A stretch of DNA of 64,000 nucleotides from Candidatus Rhabdochlamydia sp. (GCA_051648645.1 JBOFFP010000003.1:301266-365265), one strand, 5' to 3'. Positions 19,935-30,066 are shown, counted from the stretch's first letter. Notes: a model not told the origin generated them from the sequence alone. Numbers and translations are program-made.

Positions 19935-21371
19935 ATGGCTAAAGTCTTTGTTACTGGCTCTACTGGTTTTGTAGGAAAACGTTTGATTGGTTCTCTTTTA
20001 GAACAAAAGCATGAAGTATATGCTTTATGTCGGACTAAAGGCTTAACCATCTTCTCTGAAAACAAGCCCCATTTATACTATATATGGGGAGATTTAAAAA
20101 ATCCCGATACACTAGCTCAACTACCTAAAGATATCGATGCAGCTTACTATCTTGTCCATTCCATGTCAGAGATAATTAGCAATTTGTCTGCAATGGAACT
20201 AGAGGTGGCAAACCAATTTGTCCAAGGAATAAAAAAAACCGACATCAAACAAATTATCTACTTAGGAGGGATTATCAATGATGAAAAAAAATTATCCCCT
20301 CATCTTAGATCTAGATTACTAGTCGAAGAAGTTTTAAAAAAAAGTTCAATCCCTACTACTATCTTACGTGCAAGCATTATTATTGGAAGTGGAAGCGCTT
20401 CTTTTGAAATTATCCGTGATTTAAGTGAAAAACTGCCCTTTATGATAGCCCCTAAATGGGTTAATACTCTCTGTCAACCGATTGCTATTAGAGATGTTTT
20501 GTTCTATCTTTCACAAGTGCTATTGAGAAAAGATTGCTACTATAAAACCTTCGATATTGGAGGTCCCGATGTTTTACGATTTAAAGATCTTCTCTTAGAA
20601 TATGCAAAATTTAGAAAACTAAAAAGATGGATAATCGACGTTCCTATTCTATCTCCTCGCTTATCCAGCTATTGGCTGGTATTAATTACTTCTGTACGCT
20701 TTTCTTTATGCTCTTACCTTGTGGAAAGCATGAAAATTAGCTCTGTTTGTCAAAAAAAGGAAATACAAAAACTCATCCCTCATCGTTGTTTATGTTTTCA
20801 AGAAGCATTAGAATTAGCATTTAAGAGAATTGCACAAAATGAAGTCCTTTCTAATTGGATGGATGCATGGGAAAGCACTAGTTTAAATCCCAGCATCCAA
20901 ACCTATATCCAAGTGCCAAAAGAAGGTTGTTTAACAAACCAACAAATCATTCCTCTCAGCAGCCATAAGAGCATTGTAATTGAAAGAATCTGGTGTATTG
21001 GAGGAGCTACTGGTTGGTATGCTCTTAACTGGTCTTGGAGAGTAAGAGGCTTAATCGATCGTCTTATCGGAGGTGTAGGATTAAACCTTGGCAGAAGACA
21101 CCCCTTCGAAATACAAGCGGGCGATACGATTGACTTCTGGCGTGTTTTACTTGCTGATAAAAAAAATGCTAACCTTATTTTATATGCAGGCATGAAACTT
21201 CCTGGAGAAGCCTGGCTACAGTTCAAAATAGAAAATAACAAAAATAGAAACTTTTTGATCCAAACAGCTACTTTTCGACCTAAAGGTATATTAGGACGCG
21301 TTTATTGGTATGTATTAGCTCCCTTTCACTTTTTCATTTTTAGAAGAATGGCAAAAAAAATTGCTAGCTAA
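19935..21371 (+). CDS. YbjT-like atypical SDR oxidoreductase with C-terminal DUF2867-like domain
   Basis: VTGSTGFVG, AYYLVHSM, GSGSASFE, DFWRV, MKLPGEAWL. Confidence 0.88.
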   Translation: MAKVFVTGSTGFVGKRLIGSLLEQKHEVYALCRTKGLTIFSENKPHLYYIWGDLKNPDTLAQLPKDIDAAYYLVHSMSEIISNLSAMELEVANQFVQGIKKTDIKQIIYLGGIINDEKKLSPHLRSRLLVEEVLKKSSIPTTILRASIIIGSGSASFEIIRDLSEKLPFMIAPKWVNTLCQPIAIRDVLFYLSQVLLRKDCYYKTFDIGGPDVLRFKDLLLEYAKFRKLKRWIIDVPILSPRLSSYWLVLITSVRFSLCSYLVESMKISSVCQKKEIQKLIPHRCLCFQEALELAFKRIAQNEVLSNWMDAWESTSLNPSIQTYIQVPKEGCLTNQQIIPLSSHKSIVIERIWCIGGATGWYALNWSWRVRGLIDRLIGGVGLNLGRRHPFEIQAGDTIDFWRVLLADKKNANLILYAGMKLPGEAWLQFKIENNKNRNFLIQTATFRPKGILGRVYWYVLAPFHFFIFRRMAKKIAS

Positions 21372-21416
21372 TTCAAAAATTTTTATTAAAAGAAGTCATT
21401 TTTTATAAGTCAGTTA

Positions 21417-21450
21417 TTAGCCAAAGAAAGAAGTTCTATTCTTTGGCTAA
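21417..21450. terminator. Hairpin between convergent genes
   Basis: TTAGCCAAAGAA / TTCTTTGGCTAA 12-bp stem. Confidence 0.6.
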
Positions 21451-21469
21451 ACATTATGGTTTTACTAAG

Positions 21470-22375
21470 TTATTTTTTGCCTTGAGAATTTTTCTTAGAA
21501 ACACTAGAAGCTTTAAATAATTTATCCATTATTATTTTTTCATCTTCGGATTCATTTTCTATTCCATAAAAATTGGCTTCTGGAAAAGGTTTCTCCTTCA
21601 TTTCTGTATTTGAAAGATGGCTTGAATGTTTATGCATCAAAAGCTTTAAATAACCATTCTCTATTTCATCTAAATATTCAAAAGCTTTAGTTCCATCATT
21701 TTCCAATAAATGAATTGCTGTTAAGTAGAGATAAACCTCTGGTTTTTTTCCTAATTCATCTAAACGACTTGATCCTAATAATTGATTAAAAAATTTTTTA
21801 GCTTCTCTGTATTTCTCAGACATAAAAAAATTTTTAGCTTTAGTCAAACAGTCATCCATTTCTTCTGGACTTTTTTCTGTTGAGTTTCTCAAATTTCTCA
21901 AAAATGTCTTTGTTCTTTTCAGAGTTCCCAAAAAACTTTTTCTATTTCCTGAATGATGAGAGCTTTCTTCCATTGTTTTATTTGATAAATCAGAAGGATT
22001 TTCATTGTCTTCTTCATCCCCAAAAAAAACTTTTGCTTGTTCTAAAGTTGACTTAGGTACAACTGTTAAAATTTTTGCTTCTTTTTTTCTCCTTCCTAAA
22101 CTTTTTGTCCACCGAGTCTGTAACAGATTTTTTACATCATCTTTCTCTTCTATCTTGTAAATGGATCTGCATGCAGTATAGAAACTTTCTTCTCTTTTTT
22201 GAAAACTGCCTGTTACGGATTGGCCAATGGCGGATGCTTTTTGAACAGATTGATGTGAATGACTGGAATTTGGAGTGTATCCATTTTTTTGAGAAGATCT
22301 TTTCAGAGAGAAAAAACGTCTCAATGTCCCCATTTGTTCAGGTTGATTATTAAATGCATCGATTTTTAAGCTCAT
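21470..22375 (-). CDS. Hypothetical protein, Ser/Lys-rich N-terminus with C-terminal TPR-like helices
   Basis: 301-aa ORF; AKNFFMSEKYREAKKFF..PEVYLYLTAIHL..KAFEYL pattern. Confidence 0.7.
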   Translation of the reverse strand: MSLKIDAFNNQPEQMGTLRRFFSLKRSSQKNGYTPNSSHSHQSVQKASAIGQSVTGSFQKREESFYTACRSIYKIEEKDDVKNLLQTRWTKSLGRRKKEAKILTVVPKSTLEQAKVFFGDEEDNENPSDLSNKTMEESSHHSGNRKSFLGTLKRTKTFLRNLRNSTEKSPEEMDDCLTKAKNFFMSEKYREAKKFFNQLLGSSRLDELGKKPEVYLYLTAIHLLENDGTKAFEYLDEIENGYLKLLMHKHSSHLSNTEMKEKPFPEANFYGIENESEDEKIIMDKLFKASSVSKKNSQGKK

Positions 22376-22606
22376 TATATAATACCAAAAAATTATTTAT
22401 TTTTATGTTTAATACAGGAAATAATCTTTAACCATATTTGAAAAAATAGATTTATTAAATATAAAAAAATTAACTATTGTTTAATAATTTTTTATTTATG
22501 GTTTTATATAATAGATTTGATTGCTATTAGCAACCTTAATTATGAAGAATGCCGAAATGGCTTTTATGAACTAAAAAATGTAGGCTTGAATAAGATTCAT
22601 ATAAAG

Positions 22607-22632
22607 CATGCCGCTTACAACTAAGCGGCATG
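22607..22632 (-). terminator. Probable terminator of the MFS gene
   Basis: CATGCCGCTTA / TAAGCGGCATG 11-bp stem 12 nt after the stop. Confidence 0.65.
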
Positions 22633-22644
22633 TACAATTATCAT

Positions 22645-23940
22645 TTAAGGCAATGTAGTAGGATAAGATGGTTTACAATGTGTTTCTTTAATCCTTAGAA
22701 GCGTAAATACCGAAATGATTAAATACACTGGAAGAGTTAAAAAAACAGTCTGATAGGCTCCTACTGAAAATACTCTTATTCCTTCCACTAATTTTCCATC
22801 CCATTGCAAGTCAAGAAAAATGCCTGTCAATGGATCAGAAAGAGCTCCAAGCAGAGCATCAAAAGCGTTCATAAATCCAATGGCCGTTGCTGCAAGAATA
22901 GGTAAATTGATTTCTTGGATCATAGTAAAACAGAGCAAAAAGCTGCTGATTGAAAATCCGAAAATAAATAACAAGAAAGCAAGAAAATAGGCAGAAATAC
23001 CCGGCGCATAAATGACTATAGATATAGCAATGAGTGCCAAAATGGTTCCCCAGAGCATAACGATGCGTCTACGACCAATCCAATCAGAAAACCAACCAAA
23101 AACAGGAGCTCCAATAGCAAATCCGATAAAGATAAGAGATACCATTTGCGCTGAGATATTCTGTGATAATTCAAATGCTTGTGTAATAAAAGAAACTCCC
23201 CAAAGGCCTCCAAATACCATTACAGGGGCAAATGCAAACCCACTGTAAATAGAGAGCCACCAAGATTGAGGATTTTTAAAAACCTGTTTAATACTATCCA
23301 AAAGAGAAATTTTGGTAGGTGCTATGTGTTTTTCTCTTTTATGATCAGGTGCTCTATCTCGTACAACCAACCAAAAAGCAACCGCTAAAATTAACCCTGC
23401 TAATCCAATTAGCTCCATAGCATGACGCCATTCTACCTTTTGAATAAAAGCTGCTAAGGGGGCCTGTCCTCCTACCGCTCCAAGCATTGCCACTGTCATC
23501 ATGAGGCCTGCCATAAAAGCAAATTGTCTAAAGGGAAACCAGTTTGCAATGAGTTTTAAACAATTAACAGCCGCAAAAGCAGCTCCAATACCAGTTAAAA
23601 ACCGTCCTAACCCTGCTATGAATAATGAATCTGCTTTAGAAAAAACAAGGCAGCCAACCGCACTCAAAATAATGGCAAGCGTTGTGGTTTTTCTAGGTCC
23701 GAACTTATCTAAAAGCAATCCGGCTGGAATTTGCAGAAGTAGATAAGCATAGAAATAACAAGCTGCTAAATTTCCCAGTTCTACTCCACCAATATGAAAA
23801 GTTTTCATCAAAGTCCCAGTCATCACACTTGGGGACACTTCAATAGCATATTTATAGAACATAAAAATTGCGCTAAGAAACCAAATACTCCAGGCACGAA
23901 CGGGGTAAGCTAGTTTTTTGTTAGTTGTTTTTTTTGTCAT
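22645..23940 (-). CDS. MFS transporter (12 TM)
   Basis: GLLLDKFGPRK motif A, GRFLTGIG, WFSDWIGRRR; ATG 23940 with AAGGGA SD. Confidence 0.92.
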   Translation of the reverse strand: MTKKTTNKKLAYPVRAWSIWFLSAIFMFYKYAIEVSPSVMTGTLMKTFHIGGVELGNLAACYFYAYLLLQIPAGLLLDKFGPRKTTTLAIILSAVGCLVFSKADSLFIAGLGRFLTGIGAAFAAVNCLKLIANWFPFRQFAFMAGLMMTVAMLGAVGGQAPLAAFIQKVEWRHAMELIGLAGLILAVAFWLVVRDRAPDHKREKHIAPTKISLLDSIKQVFKNPQSWWLSIYSGFAFAPVMVFGGLWGVSFITQAFELSQNISAQMVSLIFIGFAIGAPVFGWFSDWIGRRRIVMLWGTILALIAISIVIYAPGISAYFLAFLLFIFGFSISSFLLCFTMIQEINLPILAATAIGFMNAFDALLGALSDPLTGIFLDLQWDGKLVEGIRVFSVGAYQTVFLTLPVYLIISVFTLLRIKETHCKPSYPTTLP

Positions 23941-24124
23941 AATATTCCCTTGTGCTAACTGCTCTGTTATCAAAACTAAGGTGTCTCAAGGATCGGCTTT
24001 TTCATTGAAAAGAAGAAACTTCTGATTCCATAGCATTTAAAGCTACTCTTTAAATGCTATAGCTATTTATTTTTTTGGTGTGTTTTAACTCAGTCCAAAA
24101 TAGCTTCATTTTATTCATGTAAAT

Positions 24125-24154
24125 ATGGTAGGAGCTAGCCTATGAATTTGTCAA
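24125..24154 (-). promoter_or_regulatory. Sigma66-type promoter for the MFS leader
   Basis: Minus strand TTGACA-N18-TACCAT. Confidence 0.55.
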
Positions 24155-24497
24155 ATCGTATATTTTTCTCATTCATATTATTTAGTCTTGAGAAAAAAAG
24201 TGACTAAAAACAACATAATATTGTAAATCGACTTAAGTGATCTGAACTTTTGCGTTCTACTGGTTAAAAATATGAATATTTTTTTTGAATGGAATGGATA
24301 TCCTATAGCAAAAAAAATCGTTCCTCCCCAGTTATGAGCACTGATCTTAAAGTAAATAGAAATGATTTTATCTAGAATATTATATTCAAATCATGCCTAC
24401 TCTTTAGCTCAATGAACCTACTTCACCCTGGAAATTAGTTTAAAAAAACACCAGGTTTATTTCCTTAAATTGAAAAAATAGTAAAGAGTTTTGGAAT

Positions 24498-25397
24498 ATG
24501 CAAAAAAATCGGCCTTCAACAGAAATAGCCTCTTCAAGCCAACATTTGAAATACGGAATTGGATACATTCTTATTGCCTGTTTTTTTATTACTGCTATGG
24601 CAACTCTTTCTCGTTTTGCAAGCAATCACGTTTCCCTCCCCGTAATTATTTTCTTTCAAAATTTTATTAGCTTGATAACCGTTCTTCCTTGGATTTTTAA
24701 GCATGGATGGAGCTCTCTTCGTACCGAGCATATGGGCCTCATTATCGTCCGATCTCTGGCAGGATTACTCTCTTTTTCCTTTTTATTCCTTGCTGTTCGG
24801 CGAATCTCTCTTGTCAATGCCGTCCTTCTAAATAATGCTGCTCCTCTTTTGCTCCCCTTTGTTGCATGGATTTGGTTGAAACTCCCTATTAATCACAAAT
24901 TGTGGCCAGGGATTCTCTGTGGCTTTCTTGGAGTTCTTTTTATTTTAAAGCCAGGCACAGAAATCATTAACCCAGGAGCTTTATACGGTTTGGCAGCAGC
25001 TGTTACTTTAAGCGTTGCCATGCTTACTCTTCGGCGTTTATCCCATACCGATAGAAATCATACCGTATTGTTTTATTATTTCCTTTTTTCTTCCCTTATC
25101 TGTTTACCTCTAAGCATTTATTGGTGGACAACACCGAATTTTTTAGAGTGGCTACAGATAATATTTATCGGGATATTTTCTGCTGCTGGGCAGTGGTCTT
25201 TAGTTAGGGCATTTCATCATGCCAACCCCACCGTATTAGGACCTTTTTGTTATGTTGCAGTTATTTATTCAGGTATTTTTGAATGGGTATTATATGGCAT
25301 AATTCCCGATTGGATAGGTTTAGTTGGAGTTTTTTTGGTTTGTCTAGGCGGAATTTGGACGATTCGATTCAATCGCCTTCCTCGCAAAATTCTTTAG
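24498..25397 (+). CDS. DMT/EamA family transporter
   Basis: Two EamA-like halves, about 10 TM, GFLGVLFILKPG. Confidence 0.88.
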   Translation: MQKNRPSTEIASSSQHLKYGIGYILIACFFITAMATLSRFASNHVSLPVIIFFQNFISLITVLPWIFKHGWSSLRTEHMGLIIVRSLAGLLSFSFLFLAVRRISLVNAVLLNNAAPLLLPFVAWIWLKLPINHKLWPGILCGFLGVLFILKPGTEIINPGALYGLAAAVTLSVAMLTLRRLSHTDRNHTVLFYYFLFSSLICLPLSIYWWTTPNFLEWLQIIFIGIFSAAGQWSLVRAFHHANPTVLGPFCYVAVIYSGIFEWVLYGIIPDWIGLVGVFLVCLGGIWTIRFNRLPRKIL

Positions 25398-25457
25398 AGA
25401 ACACAAGCGATATTTTCAAAATCGATGGAAAAAGAAATGGGTAGTAGATAAAAAACC

Positions 25458-25483
25458 AACATCTCGCAGATGTTCTTTTTTTT
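25458..25483 (+). terminator. Intrinsic terminator
   Basis: AACATCT-CGC-AGATGTT followed by a T8 tract. Confidence 0.55.
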
Positions 25484-25501
25484 ACTAATTCTCTTTTCAT
25501 T

Positions 25502-26527
25502 TCACGGTTTATATTTTATCTGTGCATTAATTGCAGGAATAATCTCTTGCAAATCTCCTGTAATCAAAAAATCTTCGTCTCCTAAGTATGAGGGCTGAGC
25601 TAAATTTACAGCAATGATTGTACCTTGAGGATTATGTTTCTTATACCATCCCAAAAAACCACGGTCATCTAAATTAAGGCCAATAGCTATCACATAATCG
25701 AATTCTTCTAAGGATTCCCCTCCAATCTCCTCTCGTAAATGTTTAGCATCAACTCTGTATGGAGAAATTCCACTCGCTTCGTGAAGACAATCGAGATTTT
25801 CGGTAATGATTCGAATATTTTTTAAAACCGCTAATTCTTTTAAAGCAAAGTGGGCTTTTGTAGGAGTATTAAAGAAGCATGCTTTATGAAAATCTCGAAT
25901 TTTAGATGCAAATTCTCGAGGACTACCTAGTACATTTTCTAAAGAAAAAAGAAATTTTTCATGAGTTTCTAGTCCTAATAATTGATGAAGTTCATCCATT
26001 GTAGGAACTTTAAGAGCCGAAATGCCAGCTCCTGTATAAAACAGAATCTTTTTAAATTCTATAATCTCTGCAAGTTTCTCTTTGGAAATCTGTTGAGGTT
26101 TTGCATTTTCCATAATCCTTCTATCTGCCACTAGATAGGAATACTCATTAGGATGCACATTTCTCTTTAGCATTTTATGGATGTTAACTTCTTCTCTTTC
26201 ATTTTTTACTTTGTAAGAGAAGATAAGGCGTTTTGATTCTTTTTCTTGAATGAATTTATTCCGTATACGCGCTATACAATCATGATAAATATCAGGTAGA
26301 GTTCCAAGATATATTTCAAAACATATCTCATCATTTCTACTTAGAAAACAAAAATGACTATCTTGGCCAAAATGCCAACTCATGCTGAGTTCTTTTTTCT
26401 TCAGCTCTTGTACTAATTCTTCGGAGGAACAAAGACACGGGTTAGAAAAATAATTACTTGCTGAATAGGTTTTCTGTGGAAGATAAGAAAAAACACATAA
26501 AGCAAAAATCAGAAAGTTTTTAAGCAT
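25502..26527 (-). CDS. Atypical Sir2/sirtuin-domain protein with N-terminal signal peptide
   Basis: YTGAGIS, PTKAHFAL, ITENLDCLHEASG, AIGL, IAVN, GDLQEIIP. Confidence 0.78.
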   Translation of the reverse strand: MLKNFLIFALCVFSYLPQKTYSASNYFSNPCLCSSEELVQELKKKELSMSWHFGQDSHFCFLSRNDEICFEIYLGTLPDIYHDCIARIRNKFIQEKESKRLIFSYKVKNEREEVNIHKMLKRNVHPNEYSYLVADRRIMENAKPQQISKEKLAEIIEFKKILFYTGAGISALKVPTMDELHQLLGLETHEKFLFSLENVLGSPREFASKIRDFHKACFFNTPTKAHFALKELAVLKNIRIITENLDCLHEASGISPYRVDAKHLREEIGGESLEEFDYVIAIGLNLDDRGFLGWYKKHNPQGTIIAVNLAQPSYLGDEDFLITGDLQEIIPAINAQIKYKP

Positions 26528-26691
26528 TTGATTTAAGTCTCATTTTTGAGGATATTCATAAAATCGATTACTTGGCATCAAACCTTCCTGGCATTTTTGT
26601 CAGATGCTTTTAAGTCGGCCGAGATCTACAAAAGCGCGCAATTTCAGAAAACACATGCTTAAAATCCTTTCGTTTTATTGGAATGATTTAC

Positions 26692-27588
26692 TCAAATTGA
26701 ATCTTCAATTTTTAATGTAGTATTTTCAATCGAAATAGAGCCTAGCTTATTTAGATGGTTTTCTTTTGAAATTACAGGCTTACCACTTTCTTGTTCCAGC
26801 TGACGCCTGGCATTCCCAGCAATCTTACCACCTGTCTTAGCTGCAACTTTGTTCTCTTTAAAACCTTGAGCATTTTGATTGACCGCTATTTCTTTGGTTG
26901 CAGCTTCCCCTAGCATCGAAAAAATCAATTCAAGATCAGTCATGTGATCTCGAAGATTTTCTTGACGAAGACTTTTGTGTGTCTTGTATTCCAATGGAGT
27001 CATTCCAAAGATAGCTTTAGAAATTTCAGCGGTTAAAATAGCATATTCACGTTGAATTTTAACTCCTCTTTTATCCCATTCATCGGTTAATTCTTCACGG
27101 ATTGCAATCCCTCGCATTCTTTTTTCAATCCATTCATCGTTATATCCTTTTGCTTTGTAGATAGCACGTGTACGTTGAGTGGCAAGCTCTGGATCTTCAA
27201 TTTCCTGGACTCGTTCATAACCTACTTTTGCTAACCATCTTTTAAAAGGTTCGGCTTTAGGTGAAGGGACTGATTGGATAATGCGAAATATAGTCTCTGT
27301 ATTAGCCGTGTCGGTAAGATATTTTTTCCCATCGCTAGACTCTAATTTCAGTTGCTCGATTTTTCCGAGCAACTGAGAAAATCCCTCATTATCAATAAGT
27401 TGTTTTTTTAACTCTGGCCAATATCGACGAGGATTGGAAGTGCCAGCTAGTATGCGAATAATATCTAAAATTGAAAAATACCATTCACCCTTATGAAAGA
27501 TGCGGCGGATTTTCTTGTCTTCAAAAACAATAAGTTTATCTTGTGATGGAACTAGTTGCTTTTCTTTTTTGAGCAATAAATCTGCCAT
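26692..27588 (-). CDS. Bro-N domain phage antirepressor-like protein
   Basis: WYFSILDII..L, PRRYW, DGKKYLTD, IQSVPSPKAEPFKRWLA, NLRDHMTDLELIF. Confidence 0.88.
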   Translation of the reverse strand: MADLLLKKEKQLVPSQDKLIVFEDKKIRRIFHKGEWYFSILDIIRILAGTSNPRRYWPELKKQLIDNEGFSQLLGKIEQLKLESSDGKKYLTDTANTETIFRIIQSVPSPKAEPFKRWLAKVGYERVQEIEDPELATQRTRAIYKAKGYNDEWIEKRMRGIAIREELTDEWDKRGVKIQREYAILTAEISKAIFGMTPLEYKTHKSLRQENLRDHMTDLELIFSMLGEAATKEIAVNQNAQGFKENKVAAKTGGKIAGNARRQLEQESGKPVISKENHLNKLGSISIENTTLKIEDSI

Positions 27589-27863
27589 GATGCACCTCTC
27601 ATGCTTATATTAAACCATCAATTTTGTTCCTTAAGGAGATTTTTTAACAAGAAATTTGGCAATAACTTTTACAAATGATATTCGATGAGCAAGTTTTTTT
27701 TATATTGCAAGAAATTATGCCACAATTCCTGTCATGTGTTTTTGGATAGTTTTAAAGTTATTTGAACAAACTGCAAAAGGATTTCGAGTTAATCCAACAG
27801 CATGTGGTAAAGCCACCTTTAGATGATCGTAAAATTTGATCCATTTGCATCTACGAATAAGAT

Positions 27864-27946
<83 letters not shown>

Positions 27947-27996
27947 AAGAGATGAAGCTCATGATTCTACTGAAGTATTTAAAAAAAAAGCAAGAA

Positions 27997-28023
27997 AAAA
28001 AGGCTCTTCTTAAGAGCCTTTTT
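27997..28023 (-). terminator. Terminator after gapA-grgA
   Basis: AAAAAGGCTCTT / AAGAGCCTTTTT stem with A/T tails. Confidence 0.75.
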
Positions 28024-28025
28024 AT

Positions 28026-28838
28026 TTAGAATAAAAAATCGGTATTGACGTGCTCTATAAAAGGAGGAGGAGTAAGCAAAGAACGACTAAAAGCGGTTCC
28101 TTCTGAACCAGAATCTTTGTCTTCTTCTTTTTTTTCTTCCACTTTTGGTTCTACTTGCTGCTCAATGATTTCTTCATGAGTGATGATCTCTTCTTTTTTT
28201 TCTATAAGAGACTGTCCTAAATCTTTATCTTTGTAGCGGCTAAGCAGAGTTTCTGAAATAAGTATGGGAGGAGGAGGAATAAGCATGGGAGAAGAAATTT
28301 TTTCTTCATCCATCACTTTTCGTTCTTCCTGTGGCTCACTTGATTCTTTTTCAGAACTTTCCGGTCTGCGAGGACGTTCTTGTTGTTCATCAACATGACG
28401 ACGACGACGACGACGATGTCGATCTCGACGTTTGTCCGTACGCACTTCTTCTGTTGTAGATTCAACAGTTTCTAAGACAGAGGATTCCTCTATTACAGAA
28501 GCTGGTTCTTTGTCAGGAGGTGTAGGGGTTTCTTTGGCGGAAGTACGTGTGCTTTCACGCCCCCCTCCAATTTTTATAGAACGTTCATGACTTACATTTT
28601 TCAATGCAATTCGAGCTTCACGCACTTCTAAAACCTCATAATCCCCTGTAGGCACTAAAAATGCTTTAGGCTTTTCTAAAGAACGAAAAAAAAATGCCCG
28701 ACCAAAAGAGACAACTTCTACTGCATCAACGTAATATTCTTCTGCCTTTTCTCCTTTAGTATTACGCACGAGGAGCTTATACCCCTCTTCTCTAGGAGAA
28801 ATTATTGTTTCAATTATTGGTTCTCGAGTAAAATGCAC
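28026..28838 (-). CDS. grgA: Chlamydial transcription factor GrgA
   Basis: N-terminus (M)HFTREPIIETII.PREEGYKL.VRN, Arg-rich middle, position next to gapA. Confidence 0.85.
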   Translation of the reverse strand: MHFTREPIIETIISPREEGYKLLVRNTKGEKAEEYYVDAVEVVSFGRAFFFRSLEKPKAFLVPTGDYEVLEVREARIALKNVSHERSIKIGGGRESTRTSAKETPTPPDKEPASVIEESSVLETVESTTEEVRTDKRRDRHRRRRRRHVDEQQERPRRPESSEKESSEPQEERKVMDEEKISSPMLIPPPPILISETLLSRYKDKDLGQSLIEKKEEIITHEEIIEQQVEPKVEEKKEEDKDSGSEGTAFSRSLLTPPPFIEHVNTDFLF

Positions 28839-28856
28839 GTATCTTTTCCACGGTTA

Positions 28857-29876
28857 TTAGCTTAAGGTCTCTTTGGATACCATATATCGCAGTAAATCTA
28901 CGACTCGATGTGAGTATCCCATTTCATTATCATACCAAGCAATTAATTTATAAAAATGAGAATTTAATTCTATTCCTGCATGTTTATCAAAAATACAAGA
29001 AGAGGGGTGTCCAATAAAGTCAGAGGAAACAACATCTTCATCGCAGTAGGTAACAATGCCCTTCATAGGCCCATTTGCTTCTTTTTGAATAACAGTACAA
29101 ATCTCTTCATATGTTGTAGCTTTAGTAAGCTTCACTGTAAGATCAACAGCTGAAACATCAATTACGGGAACACGCAATGCCATGCCCGTTAACTTACCTT
29201 TTACTTCAGGCAAACAAAGCCCTACTGCTTTTGCTGCACCTGTAGATGAAGGAATAATATTTATACTTGCAGCACGTCCTCCCCGTCGATCTTTCCTAGA
29301 AGGAGTATCCACAGTAGACTGGGTAGCTGTCATCGCATGTACAGTAGTCATTAGACCTTCTTCTATACCAAAATGATCTAGTAGTATTTTGGTTAGAGGA
29401 GCCAAACAGTTAGTTGTACAAGATGCATTAGAAACAATAAAATCGGTATCTGGGCAATATTTTTCTTCATTAACTCCCATAACAAAAGTAGGGACCTGAC
29501 CTTTTCCAGGAGCAGAAATAATGACTCTTTTAGCACCAGCTTTTCTGTGTTTATTTGCTGCTTCTAAATCTGTAAAATGACCCGTTGATTCAATGACATA
29601 ATCTACTTTTAAATCTTTCCAAGGGAGTTTCTCTGGATCTCTTTCGGAAAAAACTAAAATCTTTTTTTTGTTTATGCTTATGTGTTTTTCATCTGCTGTT
29701 ACAGGATGAGAAAACGTGCGATGAACAGAATCATACTTTAACAAATAGGCTAGATCTTCAGGTGGGACAAGATCATTGATTGCAACAACGTCGATATCTG
29801 GATACTTTTCACTGATAATCCTTAGTATAAGACGACCAATTCTTCCAAACCCGTTAATACCAACTCGAATTGACAT
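28857..29876 (-). CDS. gapA: Glyceraldehyde-3-phosphate dehydrogenase
   Basis: [28 protein letters not shown]. Confidence 0.97.
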   Translation of the reverse strand: MSIRVGINGFGRIGRLILRIISEKYPDIDVVAINDLVPPEDLAYLLKYDSVHRTFSHPVTADEKHISINKKKILVFSERDPEKLPWKDLKVDYVIESTGHFTDLEAANKHRKAGAKRVIISAPGKGQVPTFVMGVNEEKYCPDTDFIVSNASCTTNCLAPLTKILLDHFGIEEGLMTTVHAMTATQSTVDTPSRKDRRGGRAASINIIPSSTGAAKAVGLCLPEVKGKLTGMALRVPVIDVSAVDLTVKLTKATTYEEICTVIQKEANGPMKGIVTYCDEDVVSSDFIGHPSSCIFDKHAGIELNSHFYKLIAWYDNEMGYSHRVVDLLRYMVSKETLS

Positions 29877-30021
29877 GTATTCCTCCTTATCGAGTCTTCC
29901 TTAATTATATATCAAAACAGCCTCAAGATTAATACATAAGGTTGTATATCTACAAGGCTTAAAAAGCCGCTTAAGATCCACTAAAGAATATAGAGGCATA
30001 TTAGAAAATTGAATAAGAATC

Positions 30022-30054
30022 CTAAAAAAGCATCTAAAGTAGATACTTTTTTAG
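30022..30054 (-). terminator. Terminator of the ribosomal/alpha operon
   Basis: Minus strand CTAAAAAAGTATCT..AGATGCTTTTTTAG hairpin after rplQ. Confidence 0.6.
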
Positions 30055-30066
30055 ATAAAATAAAAC

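Noticed and set aside
24272..24440. Short ORFs upstream of the DMT gene (MNIFFEWNGYP...)
   Set aside because: No SD or recognisable motif; compatible with chance or a gene remnant
28398..28415. (ACG)n microsatellite
   Set aside because: In-frame Arg run of GrgA; a trinucleotide unit, so not a phase-variation frameshift tract
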